From contig JAPLWI010000008.1 of assembly GCA_026396675.1 (NCBI GenBank), positions 42,883 to 106,882 of the forward strand: a stretch of DNA of 64,000 nucleotides, written 5' to 3'. The notes beneath the pieces are model-generated. The model saw only the letters and a list, made by a program, of their open reading frames with translations, searched no databases and was not told the DNA's origin. Shown here one piece after another: positions 47,099-55,099 of the stretch. This stretch comes from Candidatus Kaiserbacteria bacterium (lineage in GTDB: Bacteria > Patescibacteriota > Minisyncoccia > Phycocordibacterales > Phycocordibacteraceae). The translations under genes were made by a program, and so were the position numbers. Numbering within the stretch: position 1 is the first letter of the stretch; each line of letters opens with the position of its first letter.

Positions 47099-48661
47099 TT
47101 ATTCAAACCCGAATAGGCCGCGTGGACGATACTGGAGCGCTTCGTGGACAAAAGCTGGCGTGACCACATCGACGTCGGCGAGGTCGGCAATAGTACGCGC
47201 GACGCGCATAGTGCGATGGAAACTGCGTGGTGAGAGATGTAATCGTGCGGCTGCATTCATGAGTGTTTCTTTTGCGAGTGGCGTGAAGCCGCTTTTTTCA
47301 TCAAGTTGTCTGCCAGTTAATGCCGCATTCGTAGCGCCTCGTTTCCCTGTGCGCTTTTCGGCTCGCGTGCGGGCGGCAACAACGCGCTCGCGGACTCGCG
47401 CTGATGCCTCGCCGGTTGAAAGTTTCGATAAGGTGTCGTGTGGCACAAGCGGCACTTCAATCCAAAGATCAAGACGATCAACAATAGGTCTAGAAATGCG
47501 GCGCGCTTGTTTCATCGCCGCCCGTATCGCCACGCGAGTATCGTCGGAGAGTGTGTTTGCCGGATTCATCGCCGCGACAATCATACAGTCAGCCGGAAAA
47601 GTGACGGTTGCTCGCGCCCGAGAAACAGTCACAATGCGATCCTCAAGCGGCTGTCGCAATGCTTCAAGTGTTCGTGAATCAAATTCTGGAAATTCGTCCA
47701 AAAATAGAACGCCCTTATGCGCGAGCGTTACTTCACCCGCTTTCGGAAATGTGCCACCACCTACAATCGCAACGTGCGAGATTGAGTGGTGTGGTGCGCG
47801 GAACGGCGGCCAGTAGACGGCTTCGCCATCTTGTAAAAGTCCCGCGGTCGAATGTATCGCGGTTACTTCAAGCATCTCGTCGTCGGTCAATGGTGGGAGA
47901 ATCCCCGCGAGCGCACGAGCGAGCATCGTCTTCCCAGTTCCTGGTGGACCGTAGAAAACAATATTGTGGCGACCAGCGGCAGCAATTTCAAGTGCACGTT
48001 TGGCACTTTCCTGCCCTTTCACGTCAGCGAGATCGAGCGCAGGCGGCGGCACAAGCGCGAGGCGATCGCGTACGAGGCGCGGTAATATTTTTTCTCCATT
48101 CAAATGCTGTAGAAGTTTTGCAAGTGATTCTGGTGCATACACAGCGACGCCATCGGCAAGAAGCGCTTCGCGAACATTCCCCGGTGGAACAAAAATTGTT
48201 TTAATACCGTGCCGTTTGGCGGCAAGTACTTGTGGAAGAACTCCTCGTACGCTCCTCAGTGTTCCATCGAGTGCGAGTTCTCCGATGAAAAGTATGTCCT
48301 CATGAAATGGTTCTAGATCGCCAGCGGCGATGAGATATGCGAGAGCAAGAGCGAGGTCGTAGTGTGAGCCCTCTTTTTTCAAATCCGCCGGTGAGAGCGA
48401 TAGAACAATGCGTTTATTCTGTTGCTTCGGCGGCTTGTAGCCGGAATGTCGTATCGCGGCGCTGACTCGGTCACGCGCTTCGTCAACTGCCTTATCAGCG
48501 AGACCAACGACTGAGAAATTATGTAGCCCACGTGTGAGGTCGGCTTCAACAACAATCATTTCCGCACCTGATCCGACCGGTTGTGCGGCAAGTGTCTTGG
48601 CATAACCATGCTTTGGAAGTGAAGAGGGCGTTGCAACTTGTGGTGAGCTTGTCGAATCCAT
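47099..48661 (-). CDS. comM: Mg-chelatase-like AAA+ protein YifB/ComM
   Basis: …[25 protein letters not shown]…[11 protein letters not shown]… plus the N-terminal Lon-like domain match the ComM family. Confidence 0.9.
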   Translation of the reverse strand: MDSTSSPQVATPSSLPKHGYAKTLAAQPVGSGAEMIVVEADLTRGLHNFSVVGLADKAVDEARDRVSAAIRHSGYKPPKQQNKRIVLSLSPADLKKEGSHYDLALALAYLIAAGDLEPFHEDILFIGELALDGTLRSVRGVLPQVLAAKRHGIKTIFVPPGNVREALLADGVAVYAPESLAKLLQHLNGEKILPRLVRDRLALVPPPALDLADVKGQESAKRALEIAAAGRHNIVFYGPPGTGKTMLARALAGILPPLTDDEMLEVTAIHSTAGLLQDGEAVYWPPFRAPHHSISHVAIVGGGTFPKAGEVTLAHKGVLFLDEFPEFDSRTLEALRQPLEDRIVTVSRARATVTFPADCMIVAAMNPANTLSDDTRVAIRAAMKQARRISRPIVDRLDLWIEVPLVPHDTLSKLSTGEASARVRERVVAARTRAEKRTGKRGATNAALTGRQLDEKSGFTPLAKETLMNAAARLHLSPRSFHRTMRVARTIADLADVDVVTPAFVHEALQYRPRGLFGFE

Positions 48662-49008
48662 TATAAATGTTCGGTGCAGGTTGTGGCGGCAGGATCGGCC
48701 TCGAGACGTGCTTCTTCTATTTTTTCACCACACACTTCGCACTTTCCATAGGTTCCTTTTTCAATTCGTAAAAGCGCGGCGAGAATAGTATCGTAGTGTG
48801 CTTCGAGATCTGCTAGGATGGCCGCGTCGTTTTCGCGATTAACGATGATGTCCGCCTGGTCAACAATATCTGACTCAACATTTTCTTCGAGTGGTGCCGG
48901 TTCCCAATCATTTGGAACGAGAGGATTTCTGCGACCGATAGTTCCCATCGCTGACTCCAATCTTATTTTTTCTTCTTCCAATTTTTTTCTAAAATGTTCG
49001 GTTTTCAT
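48661..49008 (-). CDS. DksA/TraR-family zinc-finger protein (115 aa)
   Basis: A coiled-coil N-terminus is followed by a C-terminal [25 protein letters not shown] finger (C-C-C-H rather than C4). Confidence 0.6.
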   Translation of the reverse strand: MKTEHFRKKLEEEKIRLESAMGTIGRRNPLVPNDWEPAPLEENVESDIVDQADIIVNRENDAAILADLEAHYDTILAALLRIEKGTYGKCEVCGEKIEEARLEADPAATTCTEHL

Positions 49009-49020
49009 GCAGGAATACTA

Positions 49021-50274
49021 TCACCGTTGCGCTTTCGCATTCGCAAGGCGATTTAAAATTTCAGTAAATGCTGACGGCGTGCGCGCGATGATGAGCGTCG
49101 CTTGATTCCAGTAGCCGTAGAGAAGGACACTCCGGCCAGCTGCATCGCGATAGATGCGCACATCATGATTACCGATGACTTCATCGCGGAAACTGGCGAT
49201 GGCTGTTGGAGTAGTTGTTGACGCAACTTTTTGCGTTGTTGTCGCGGTTGTTGCTTTCGTTTTAACTTTTGGTGTAGTTGTTGCTGTTGTCGTCGCTACT
49301 GCTGACGACGTTGTTGTGCTTACGATTGGGACAACGTATGGCGGAAAGAGCTCCGTAAGATCTCGTGGCATTGATGATTCCCATGAGAGCATTCCGGAGA
49401 ATGTCTCGCCGTATGAAGCGACAGAAAGAATAAAAAATGGGCTTTGGCCTGTCCCGAGAGTGTTTGAGGGATTGCCTCCAACATTCACGACGCCAGCCAT
49501 ACTGCCGTCAGTTTTCAGATTACGTATAAGAACATCGGGCGCTGGCGTTTGGAGCGCAGAAAAGACATTGTCTCCAGAAGTCATATAGAGAAATCGAATA
49601 GAGCCAGAAGCGATGAGACGGTTTACTGATTGTTCGATTGCTTGTATTAAAGCGGTACCGACGCCGGAGATTTCTTGGCGATCATCTACAGCAATTGGCG
49701 CTGATACTGCCGGCGTAAAAATAACCGGTGCGATTGCAGCCAAATGTTTTGTGTATGTGATATACACACCAACTCCACCAGCGACAATAAGTACAGCTCC
49801 GGCAATCGTGTACAACATATTGCTACGCGAATGCCTCACCGATTCGGGCGTTTCTATTTTCTCGGGTAGCGCGTCCTGCTCAGCTGCTAAAACTGTCACT
49901 GGTGAAGCGTGTTCTTCTTTCATCCGATCCGAGAAATCGCTCTCATAGGTCTTGATTGGTGACTCTCCATCGGCGACTTTTGGTGGAAGAGGAATCGGTT
50001 TCTCTTCTTCTGGTTCTGGTAATGGAGGAGATAACGGTTCATCTCTGGATAATGGAACGGATAGCGGAGATGCAGAAACATGTCCCTCGTTCGATGAAGG
50101 AATTGGTCCGCCGGTCGGCAGAGGTGTAACGGGCGATGCTTCAATTAATCGTTCTGGTGGAGTTGGTGGCGGTTTTGATTCTGAAAGAGGAACGAGATCG
50201 GGCATGCCGCCTTTTTTCAGCATCTCCATATCGCCAGCAAAAGTGCGAATATATTTTTTCGGTTGCGTGTCCAT
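49021..50274 (-). CDS. hypothetical bitopic membrane protein: Pro-rich cytoplasmic N-terminus, single TM, Thr-rich linker, extracellular domain (417 aa)
   Basis: The TM helix is LYTIAGAVLIVAGGVGVYITY. The Thr-rich tract is TTTSSAVATTTATTTPKVKTKATTATTTQKVASTTTPT. Confidence 0.45.
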   Translation of the reverse strand: MDTQPKKYIRTFAGDMEMLKKGGMPDLVPLSESKPPPTPPERLIEASPVTPLPTGGPIPSSNEGHVSASPLSVPLSRDEPLSPPLPEPEEEKPIPLPPKVADGESPIKTYESDFSDRMKEEHASPVTVLAAEQDALPEKIETPESVRHSRSNMLYTIAGAVLIVAGGVGVYITYTKHLAAIAPVIFTPAVSAPIAVDDRQEISGVGTALIQAIEQSVNRLIASGSIRFLYMTSGDNVFSALQTPAPDVLIRNLKTDGSMAGVVNVGGNPSNTLGTGQSPFFILSVASYGETFSGMLSWESSMPRDLTELFPPYVVPIVSTTTSSAVATTTATTTPKVKTKATTATTTQKVASTTTPTAIASFRDEVIGNHDVRIYRDAAGRSVLLYGYWNQATLIIARTPSAFTEILNRLANAKAQR

Positions 50275-50315
50275 TCACTACCTATAGTAGCGTACCTTAG
50301 ACCAGTGAAAATGAG

Positions 50316-50831
50316 TTATCCTCGTGAAGTGATTGTGAATTTCTTCGGATCATCACACATGTCTGTAAATGCGTGCGCCGCTTCTTTGAGTTTGCTCGAT
50401 GAGGATTTTCCGAAAGAGATTACCTCAACCTGACATCCCTCATTCATATCCAAATACTGGATAAGAGGAACGAAATCACCGTCGCCAGTGGCGAGCACAA
50501 CCGTGTCGAGTTTTGGAGCGAGCTTGACTGCATCAATTGCTAAGCCAACATCCCAGTCGGCCTTCTTGGCGCCATCAGCGAATACCTGAAGGTCTTTCAT
50601 CTTTGTTTCTATGCCCATTTTAGTGAGCGCTTCAAAAAAACTCTTTTCTTCGCCGCTTTCTGTTGAAATCACGTAGGCGATTGCGCGCACCAGAATACGG
50701 CCGCCAACCGCTTCTTCAAGGATTTTATTGAAATTCACGCGCGCCTTGTAGAGATGTTTAGCACTATGATAAAGATTTTGCGTGTCAATGAATACGCCCA
50801 CACGCTGGGCTGGATGTTTGATAACTGCCAT
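50316..50831 (-). CDS. NYN-domain (LabA-like, PIN-like) protein, 171 aa
   Basis: VGVFIDTQNLYHSAKHL… and the acidic cluster …VVLATGDGDFVPL… are typical of NYN/LabA nucleases. Confidence 0.65.
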   Translation of the reverse strand: MAVIKHPAQRVGVFIDTQNLYHSAKHLYKARVNFNKILEEAVGGRILVRAIAYVISTESGEEKSFFEALTKMGIETKMKDLQVFADGAKKADWDVGLAIDAVKLAPKLDTVVLATGDGDFVPLIQYLDMNEGCQVEVISFGKSSSSKLKEAAHAFTDMCDDPKKFTITSRG

Positions 50832-50884
50832 AAAAAATAAATATTATGAAAATAAAATAATAAAAAGGAACTGGTATTCCCTAC

Positions 50885-50978
50885 TCATACTACTACCAAG
50901 TGAGCCGAATAACAAAAACATTCTTATGTATTTGTTTGAGGCAAGCGCAGGTAGAAAGCTTGGCTTTGCAAGCTTACC
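50885..50978 (-). promoter_or_regulatory. conserved ~95-bp module, copy A: hairpin directly after the rpsO stop, palindrome AACAAATACAT-AAGA-ATGTTTTTGTT, and a TTGTTA-N17-TAGTAT promoter upstream of the NYN gene
   Basis: Minus-strand read: GTGGTAAGCTTGCAAAGCCAAGCTTTCTACCTGCGCTTGCCTCAAACAAATACATAAGAATGTTTTTGTTATTCGGCTCACTTGGTAGTAGTATGAG. The hairpins covary with copy B (GCCG/CGGC versus CTTG/CAAG; TATATG/CATATA versus TACAT/ATGT). Confidence 0.55.
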
Positions 50979-50991
50979 ACTTATAGAAAAA

Positions 50992-51258
50992 CTATTTCTT
51001 CAAACCAAGCTTTTTGATAACGGCGTTGTAGCGACGTTTATCATTTGATTCAAGGTAGCGAAGATGTGAACGGCGATCGGCAACCATTTGGAGAAGCCCG
51101 CGACGAGAATGGATATCTTTCGGGTTTTTCTTCAAATGCTTGGCGAGTTCGTCAATTTGTTTGGAAAGAAGCGCGACCTGAACATCCGGCGAGCCGGTGT
51201 CAGCATCGTGCCGAGCAATATTCTTAATAACTACGGCTTTTTTCTTCGTGGTAAGCAT
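50992..51258 (-). CDS. rpsO: 30S ribosomal protein S15
   Basis: …IARHDADTGSPDVQVALLSKQIDELAKHLKKNPKDIHSRRGLLQMVADRRSHLRYL… matches S15. Confidence 0.9.
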   Translation of the reverse strand: MLTTKKKAVVIKNIARHDADTGSPDVQVALLSKQIDELAKHLKKNPKDIHSRRGLLQMVADRRSHLRYLESNDKRRYNAVIKKLGLKK

Positions 51259-51275
51259 GTGCGTTTACCTTACCA

Positions 51276-51299
51276 CGGCTTGTGAAATTGTGCAAGCCG
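51276..51299 (-). promoter_or_regulatory. hairpin CGGCTTG-(10 nt)-CAAGCCG in the rpsO 5' leader (candidate S15 autoregulatory element)
   Basis: A 7-bp stem lies 17 nt upstream of the rpsO ATG on the minus strand. S15 autoregulation through 5'-UTR structure is known in other bacteria. Confidence 0.3.
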
Positions 51300-51345
51300 A
51301 AGGTGCCGACCGTATTCGGGAGGCATAATGTCGCACAATATTCGG

Positions 51346-51354
51346 TGTTAGAAT
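51346..51354 (+). promoter_or_regulatory. extended -10 element TGTTAGAAT ending 6 nt before the xerC ATG (leaderless transcript likely)
   Basis: It shares the same TGnTAGAAT form as the DedA promoter. Confidence 0.4.
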
Positions 51355-51360
51355 AGAAGA

Positions 51361-52260
51361 ATGGAAGCAGAACCTGCAAAACGACAATTTTTGGAATACA
51401 TAGAGATTGAACGCGGGCGCGCGGTGAAAACAATTGAAAATTATGACCAGTATCTTACGCGCTACTTCATGCAGATGAACATAAAGAGTGTCGGTGATAT
51501 CAGTGAGCAGAATATCCGCGAATTCCGTCTCTGGTTAAATCGCCAGCCCGGCACTGGCAACGGTTCGATGAAACGCCGCACGCAGAATTACTATATGATC
51601 GCGCTCCGCGCGTTCTTAAAGTTTCTGCGTAAACGAGGAATTGAATGTATCTCGCCAGAACGCATAGAACTAGCCAAACTCCCTGAGCGGGAGCTCGATC
51701 TTATCTCACCCGCTGAACTTCAGCGGCTTCTCGCGTCGGCAGACGGCGCCGAAGAACGCGGTCTCCGCGATAAAGCGATACTTGAACTTTTTTTCTCCAC
51801 AGGTCTTCGTGTTTCGGAACTCTGTGCGCTTGATTGTGACCTTGATCTCACCCAAGATTCTTTTTCTGTGCGCGGCAAGGGCGAAAAAGTGCGAGTCGTC
51901 TTCCTCTCCCCCGCTGCTAAGAGTGCTGTCGCCGCATATCTCAAAGCGCGAAAGGATATGGCGGAGGCGCTTTTTGTAAATATTAGAAGCGATAAAGCGA
52001 TTCCGACTCGTCTAACACCACGCTCGGTAGAGCGCATCATAAAAAAATATGCAATGAAAGCCGGCATCACAAAAAAAATGACCCCGCACGTCCTCCGCCA
52101 CGTCTTCGCCACCGATTTACTCAACAACGGCGCCGACATTCGTTCCGTCCAACAACTCCTCGGCCACGCTTCAATCAACACAACGCAGATTTACACGCAC
52201 ATAACGGACTCTCATTTGCGAGAAATCCACAAAAAATATCACAATAAAAACAGTAGTTGA
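51361..52260 (+). CDS. xerC: tyrosine recombinase XerC/XerD family
   Basis: The N-terminal SAM-like domain is followed by a catalytic domain with …HVLRHVFATDLLNNGADIRSVQQLLGHASINTTQIYTHITDSHL… (R..H..R..Y catalytic residues). Confidence 0.85.
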   Translation: MEAEPAKRQFLEYIEIERGRAVKTIENYDQYLTRYFMQMNIKSVGDISEQNIREFRLWLNRQPGTGNGSMKRRTQNYYMIALRAFLKFLRKRGIECISPERIELAKLPERELDLISPAELQRLLASADGAEERGLRDKAILELFFSTGLRVSELCALDCDLDLTQDSFSVRGKGEKVRVVFLSPAAKSAVAAYLKARKDMAEALFVNIRSDKAIPTRLTPRSVERIIKKYAMKAGITKKMTPHVLRHVFATDLLNNGADIRSVQQLLGHASINTTQIYTHITDSHLREIHKKYHNKNSS

Positions 52261-52262
52261 TT

Positions 52263-53291
52263 CTATTTTCCGACCCTTTCAACCATAAACTTTACCGCAT
52301 CATCCATATTTATCGGTTGAATTTCTATGTGCGGATATTTTTCTTTAAACACTCTAAATATTTCATCAGAAAAAGCTTGCCCGATCATGGGCACATTATC
52401 AAAATCCAAAATTATGGAGTCAAATTTATCCAAACCATCAAGAATTCTTCGAGCTTGAGAACGGGATATATGTACACCATCTCCAGAAGTATAGAGTTTT
52501 ACCTTAATTTCAGTTTTGTTGAATGCAAAATCTGTGCCCACGCTGAATTCCCTGAAGAGGGCACTCAAGTGCCTGTTAGATTTTACATCGATTGTAAATA
52601 CGACTCTTGTTCCTCTTTTTAATGCAGGACGTTTTTTGTAGAACAGTTCGCGAGTTTTGTTATTAATCACTAGGATATATCCATAACTCTCAAGAGTGAA
52701 AACATCCCCTGCTTTGGATGTAAAGAAGATTCCTTGGCCGGAATGTGATTTTGGCATTGTTGTCGTCTTACCTTTCAGGAGATCCTGCATGGCTTCAATC
52801 TCTGTCCTCAACTTTTTTTCGCGCATAACATTTCTAAACACACCGATTCCAAAATCGTTAACAATAAAATTTAACTTGCGATTTTGAACCGACATCTCCA
52901 CTTCAATGTATTTAGACTTAGAGTGTTCAATAGCGTTATTCACCATTTCAGAGAATGAGTAGTTCAAGATGCTTTTGATGTTTTCTGGAAGCAGTCCAAT
53001 GGGAGGATATTGCGCCAGAATATCTGCATAGATTTCATGTTCCTGCAATTTATAATTCTTGATTCGCTTGCTTATTTTTGTAGGAAAAGATCCATTTTCA
53101 TTTACCGATTCGGACAAAAGATAGTAAGCCGCACTTGTCGATCCAACTTTAATAAGCTTGCCTTTCGCAACAAGATCGTTGATCAGCACTACTGCGTATT
53201 GCCTAGAAACCCTAAATAAAGCAACAACATCGCTACTTCTGAGCTTCTTTTTGATTCTTGCTATTTTTACTATCTCCAGTTCTCTATCCAT
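52263..53291 (-). CDS. wHTH + GHKL (HATPase_c) ATPase + C-terminal STAS-like (DUF4325-type) domain protein, 342 aa
   Basis: The N-terminal winged helix is …VVALFRVSRQYAVVLINDLVAKGKLIKVG…. The N-box is EMVNNAIEHS, the G1 box NDFGIGV and the G2 box SGQGIF. The C-terminal …SIILDFDNVPMIGQAFSDEIFRVF… is DUF4325/STAS-like. Confidence 0.5.
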   Translation of the reverse strand: MDRELEIVKIARIKKKLRSSDVVALFRVSRQYAVVLINDLVAKGKLIKVGSTSAAYYLLSESVNENGSFPTKISKRIKNYKLQEHEIYADILAQYPPIGLLPENIKSILNYSFSEMVNNAIEHSKSKYIEVEMSVQNRKLNFIVNDFGIGVFRNVMREKKLRTEIEAMQDLLKGKTTTMPKSHSGQGIFFTSKAGDVFTLESYGYILVINNKTRELFYKKRPALKRGTRVVFTIDVKSNRHLSALFREFSVGTDFAFNKTEIKVKLYTSGDGVHISRSQARRILDGLDKFDSIILDFDNVPMIGQAFSDEIFRVFKEKYPHIEIQPINMDDAVKFMVERVGK

Positions 53292-53347
53292 ACCACTATG
53301 ATATTCCAGTGTTTATTGGTTGTCAACCACTTTTAAATTCATTGTAA

Positions 53348-53434
53348 ACTGATTGTAAACAACTCTACACTCACATCACCGACGCGCACCTGCGCGAGGT
53401 GCATAAGAAATATCACTCAAACGGGAGTCAGTAA
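53348..53434 (+). pseudogene. relic of a tyrosine-recombinase 3' end (last ~24 codons, including the catalytic Tyr) from a second, diverged Xer-like gene
   Basis: Frame-2 translation reads TDCKQLYTHITDAHLREVHKKYHSNGSQ*, against the XerC C-terminus …TQIYTHITDSHLREIHKKYHNKNSS*. It is preceded by an in-frame stop at 53345 and the tandem repeat ATTGTAAAC-TG-ATTGTAAAC (53341-53360). No upstream remainder of the gene is present. Confidence 0.55.
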
Positions 53435-54369
53435 TGTTTTAAAGCCAATTTAATTTTCGGATTGTTATACCAGTCTTTATCTTCAAAATACGCATCTGGC
53501 CCATCCTTTATAATTTTTTCCGTTGCTTTCCTCCCATCCTCAATTCCACTTGAAAAAAGACTGTAGGCCATAAAGCGATTTTTTCTAACAATTGCCTCTA
53601 CCACATCTTTATCTTCCGCAAGATTTGAACGCTCTGCCAGATTTCTTAAGTAGCTATATCCACCAGAATCGTGATCATATTCGTCATTAATTGGCATAGA
53701 ATTTATTATTTCAAGCACTATGTTTTTAGAATAAACCTTGCCTCTATCATATGCCAACAGAGGAGATAAGGCACCAGGATTGCCCATTCCTTTCACATAG
53801 CGCAAAATCATTGCGTCATTATTCAGAAAATCAATTGCCTTATCATCACGCATAGTTTGAAACATAAGGTTATAATCCCCTGCCTTTCCTCCTAATTTTT
53901 TAAACCGAGCAATATAATCATCCATCTTCTCTTCCGGAGACTTTTCGCCTTGTTCCTTGTTTTCTGCTACTACTGGTTCTTCCTTATCAACCGTCATTGA
54001 CTCAGTTTTTTCCATTGCTGGAGGTTGCACATTCCCACCCTTAAGCTTTTCCAAAATTTCTGCTGCTTCTTTTTGGGACTTTTCTGCGTCCAATTTCGCC
54101 TGCTCGGCAAGTGCCGCTTCCCTGCCTGCTTTTTCTTCTGCGGCTTTTGCTTCGTCAATCCCTTTATTGATTTCCAATGCTTCTTCTTGAGCATTGCCCA
54201 TCATTTCAACTTTTGCCGTTTCCATACTTTTTGCCTCTTGTGCTAGTTCTGCAACCTTTCCATAATCCCCTGCCGCAACAGCATCGGTAAGTTCCTGTTT
54301 CTTTTGTGCAATACCTGCTTCATTTTCATCAAAGACCTCTCGCGAGCTTGTTGGATTTTCGTTGGACAT
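53428..54369 (-). CDS. hypothetical protein: N-terminal Ala/Glu/Lys-rich coiled coil plus a C-terminal globular domain (314 aa from MSNENPTSS)
   Basis: No recognisable family. The ORF track starts 63 nt upstream, at 54432. Confidence 0.4.
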   Translation of the reverse strand: MSNENPTSSREVFDENEAGIAQKKQELTDAVAAGDYGKVAELAQEAKSMETAKVEMMGNAQEEALEINKGIDEAKAAEEKAGREAALAEQAKLDAEKSQKEAAEILEKLKGGNVQPPAMEKTESMTVDKEEPVVAENKEQGEKSPEEKMDDYIARFKKLGGKAGDYNLMFQTMRDDKAIDFLNNDAMILRYVKGMGNPGALSPLLAYDRGKVYSKNIVLEIINSMPINDEYDHDSGGYSYLRNLAERSNLAEDKDVVEAIVRKNRFMAYSLFSSGIEDGRKATEKIIKDGPDAYFEDKDWYNNPKIKLALKHY

Positions 54370-54450
54370 AAGTTTGTTATTTAATCCCTTGAGAATACCA
54401 ATGGGGGGGCAAAACGCAATGTGGTTCTGCACTGCCGATCAAATTGGGTT

Positions 54451-54735
54451 TTATTCGCCGAACAGTTCTGGGTGCGTACCAATTTCAGAGATAGTAACAA
54501 TCCCCGCTTCATCATTGCGTTTGTATATCAATAACAAGTTAAATCCCAAGTGACACTCTCTAAAACTCGCGAATTCCCCATGAAGTTGGTGGTCTTTAAA
54601 CCTCTCTGGAAGCGGATTCCCTTGCTCAAGACAATTAAGGACTGAATTGAAAACAGAAGAATTGAATGTGCCAGAATACCTTAATTTCTTTAAACGCCTT
54701 CGCGCCGAGATAGAAAGCGATACAGAATAGATCAT
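54451..54735 (-). CDS. yafQ: type II toxin, RelE/YafQ family mRNA interferase
   Basis: …KDHQLHGEFASFRECHLGFNLLLIYKRNDEAGIVTISEIGTHPELF follows the YafQ pattern (H.L.G…rEcHi…LLiY…vtl.ri.gtHselF). It overlaps the upstream dinJ-like gene by 4 nt. Confidence 0.75.
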   Translation of the reverse strand: MIYSVSLSISARRRLKKLRYSGTFNSSVFNSVLNCLEQGNPLPERFKDHQLHGEFASFRECHLGFNLLLIYKRNDEAGIVTISEIGTHPELFGE

Positions 54736-55016
54736 TGGAAGAATTCTTTCATTATCTCCTTCGCGGTATATCGTTTACCATGCTTCTCCGCGTATTCCGT
54801 TTCGCGAATAACGCGTGCTTCAAACTCGGGCGTGAAGCCATTTATTGTGCGTGGCGTAAACGGCATCGCCTTGTCTTGGACAACGCGAGAAAGGTACATA
54901 TTGATACCGGTCGAGAGATCGAATCCCATCTGCTTGAATACGCGCTGTGCGGCGAGTTTCGTCGCTTTGTCGGTCCGCACGTTCACCACTGCTTTTGCGA
55001 TTGTTTTGGTAGCCAT
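54732..55016 (-). CDS. dinJ: type II antitoxin, RelB/DinJ family, with a C-terminal extension (start taken at MATKTIAK)
   Basis: MATKTIAKAVVNVRTDKATKLAAQRVFKQMGFDLSTGINMYLSRVVQDKAMPF matches DinJ-family antitoxins. An extra ~40 aa follows. Confidence 0.7.
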   Translation of the reverse strand: MATKTIAKAVVNVRTDKATKLAAQRVFKQMGFDLSTGINMYLSRVVQDKAMPFTPRTINGFTPEFEARVIRETEYAEKHGKRYTAKEIMKEFFQ

Positions 55017-55024
55017 ACGGATAG

Positions 55025-55090
55025 TATACACATTGTATATACAAATGCAATCATACCTGTGCATAAGAAATAAAATGATTAAGGTATACA
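55025..55090. promoter_or_regulatory. operator-like TATACA / TGTATA half-site cluster in the dinJ-yafQ / xth divergent promoter region
   Basis: TATACA-CAT-TGTATA lies at 55025-55039, with a further TATACA at 55085-55090. The arrangement is typical of an autoregulated TA operator. Confidence 0.45.
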
Positions 55091-55099
55091 ATAGTTTCT

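Noticed and set aside
47010-47816. 268-aa plus-strand ORF overlapping comM
   Set aside because: It is antisense to the clearly conserved comM. Its Arg/Ser/Ala-rich composition is typical of a GC-rich antisense frame.
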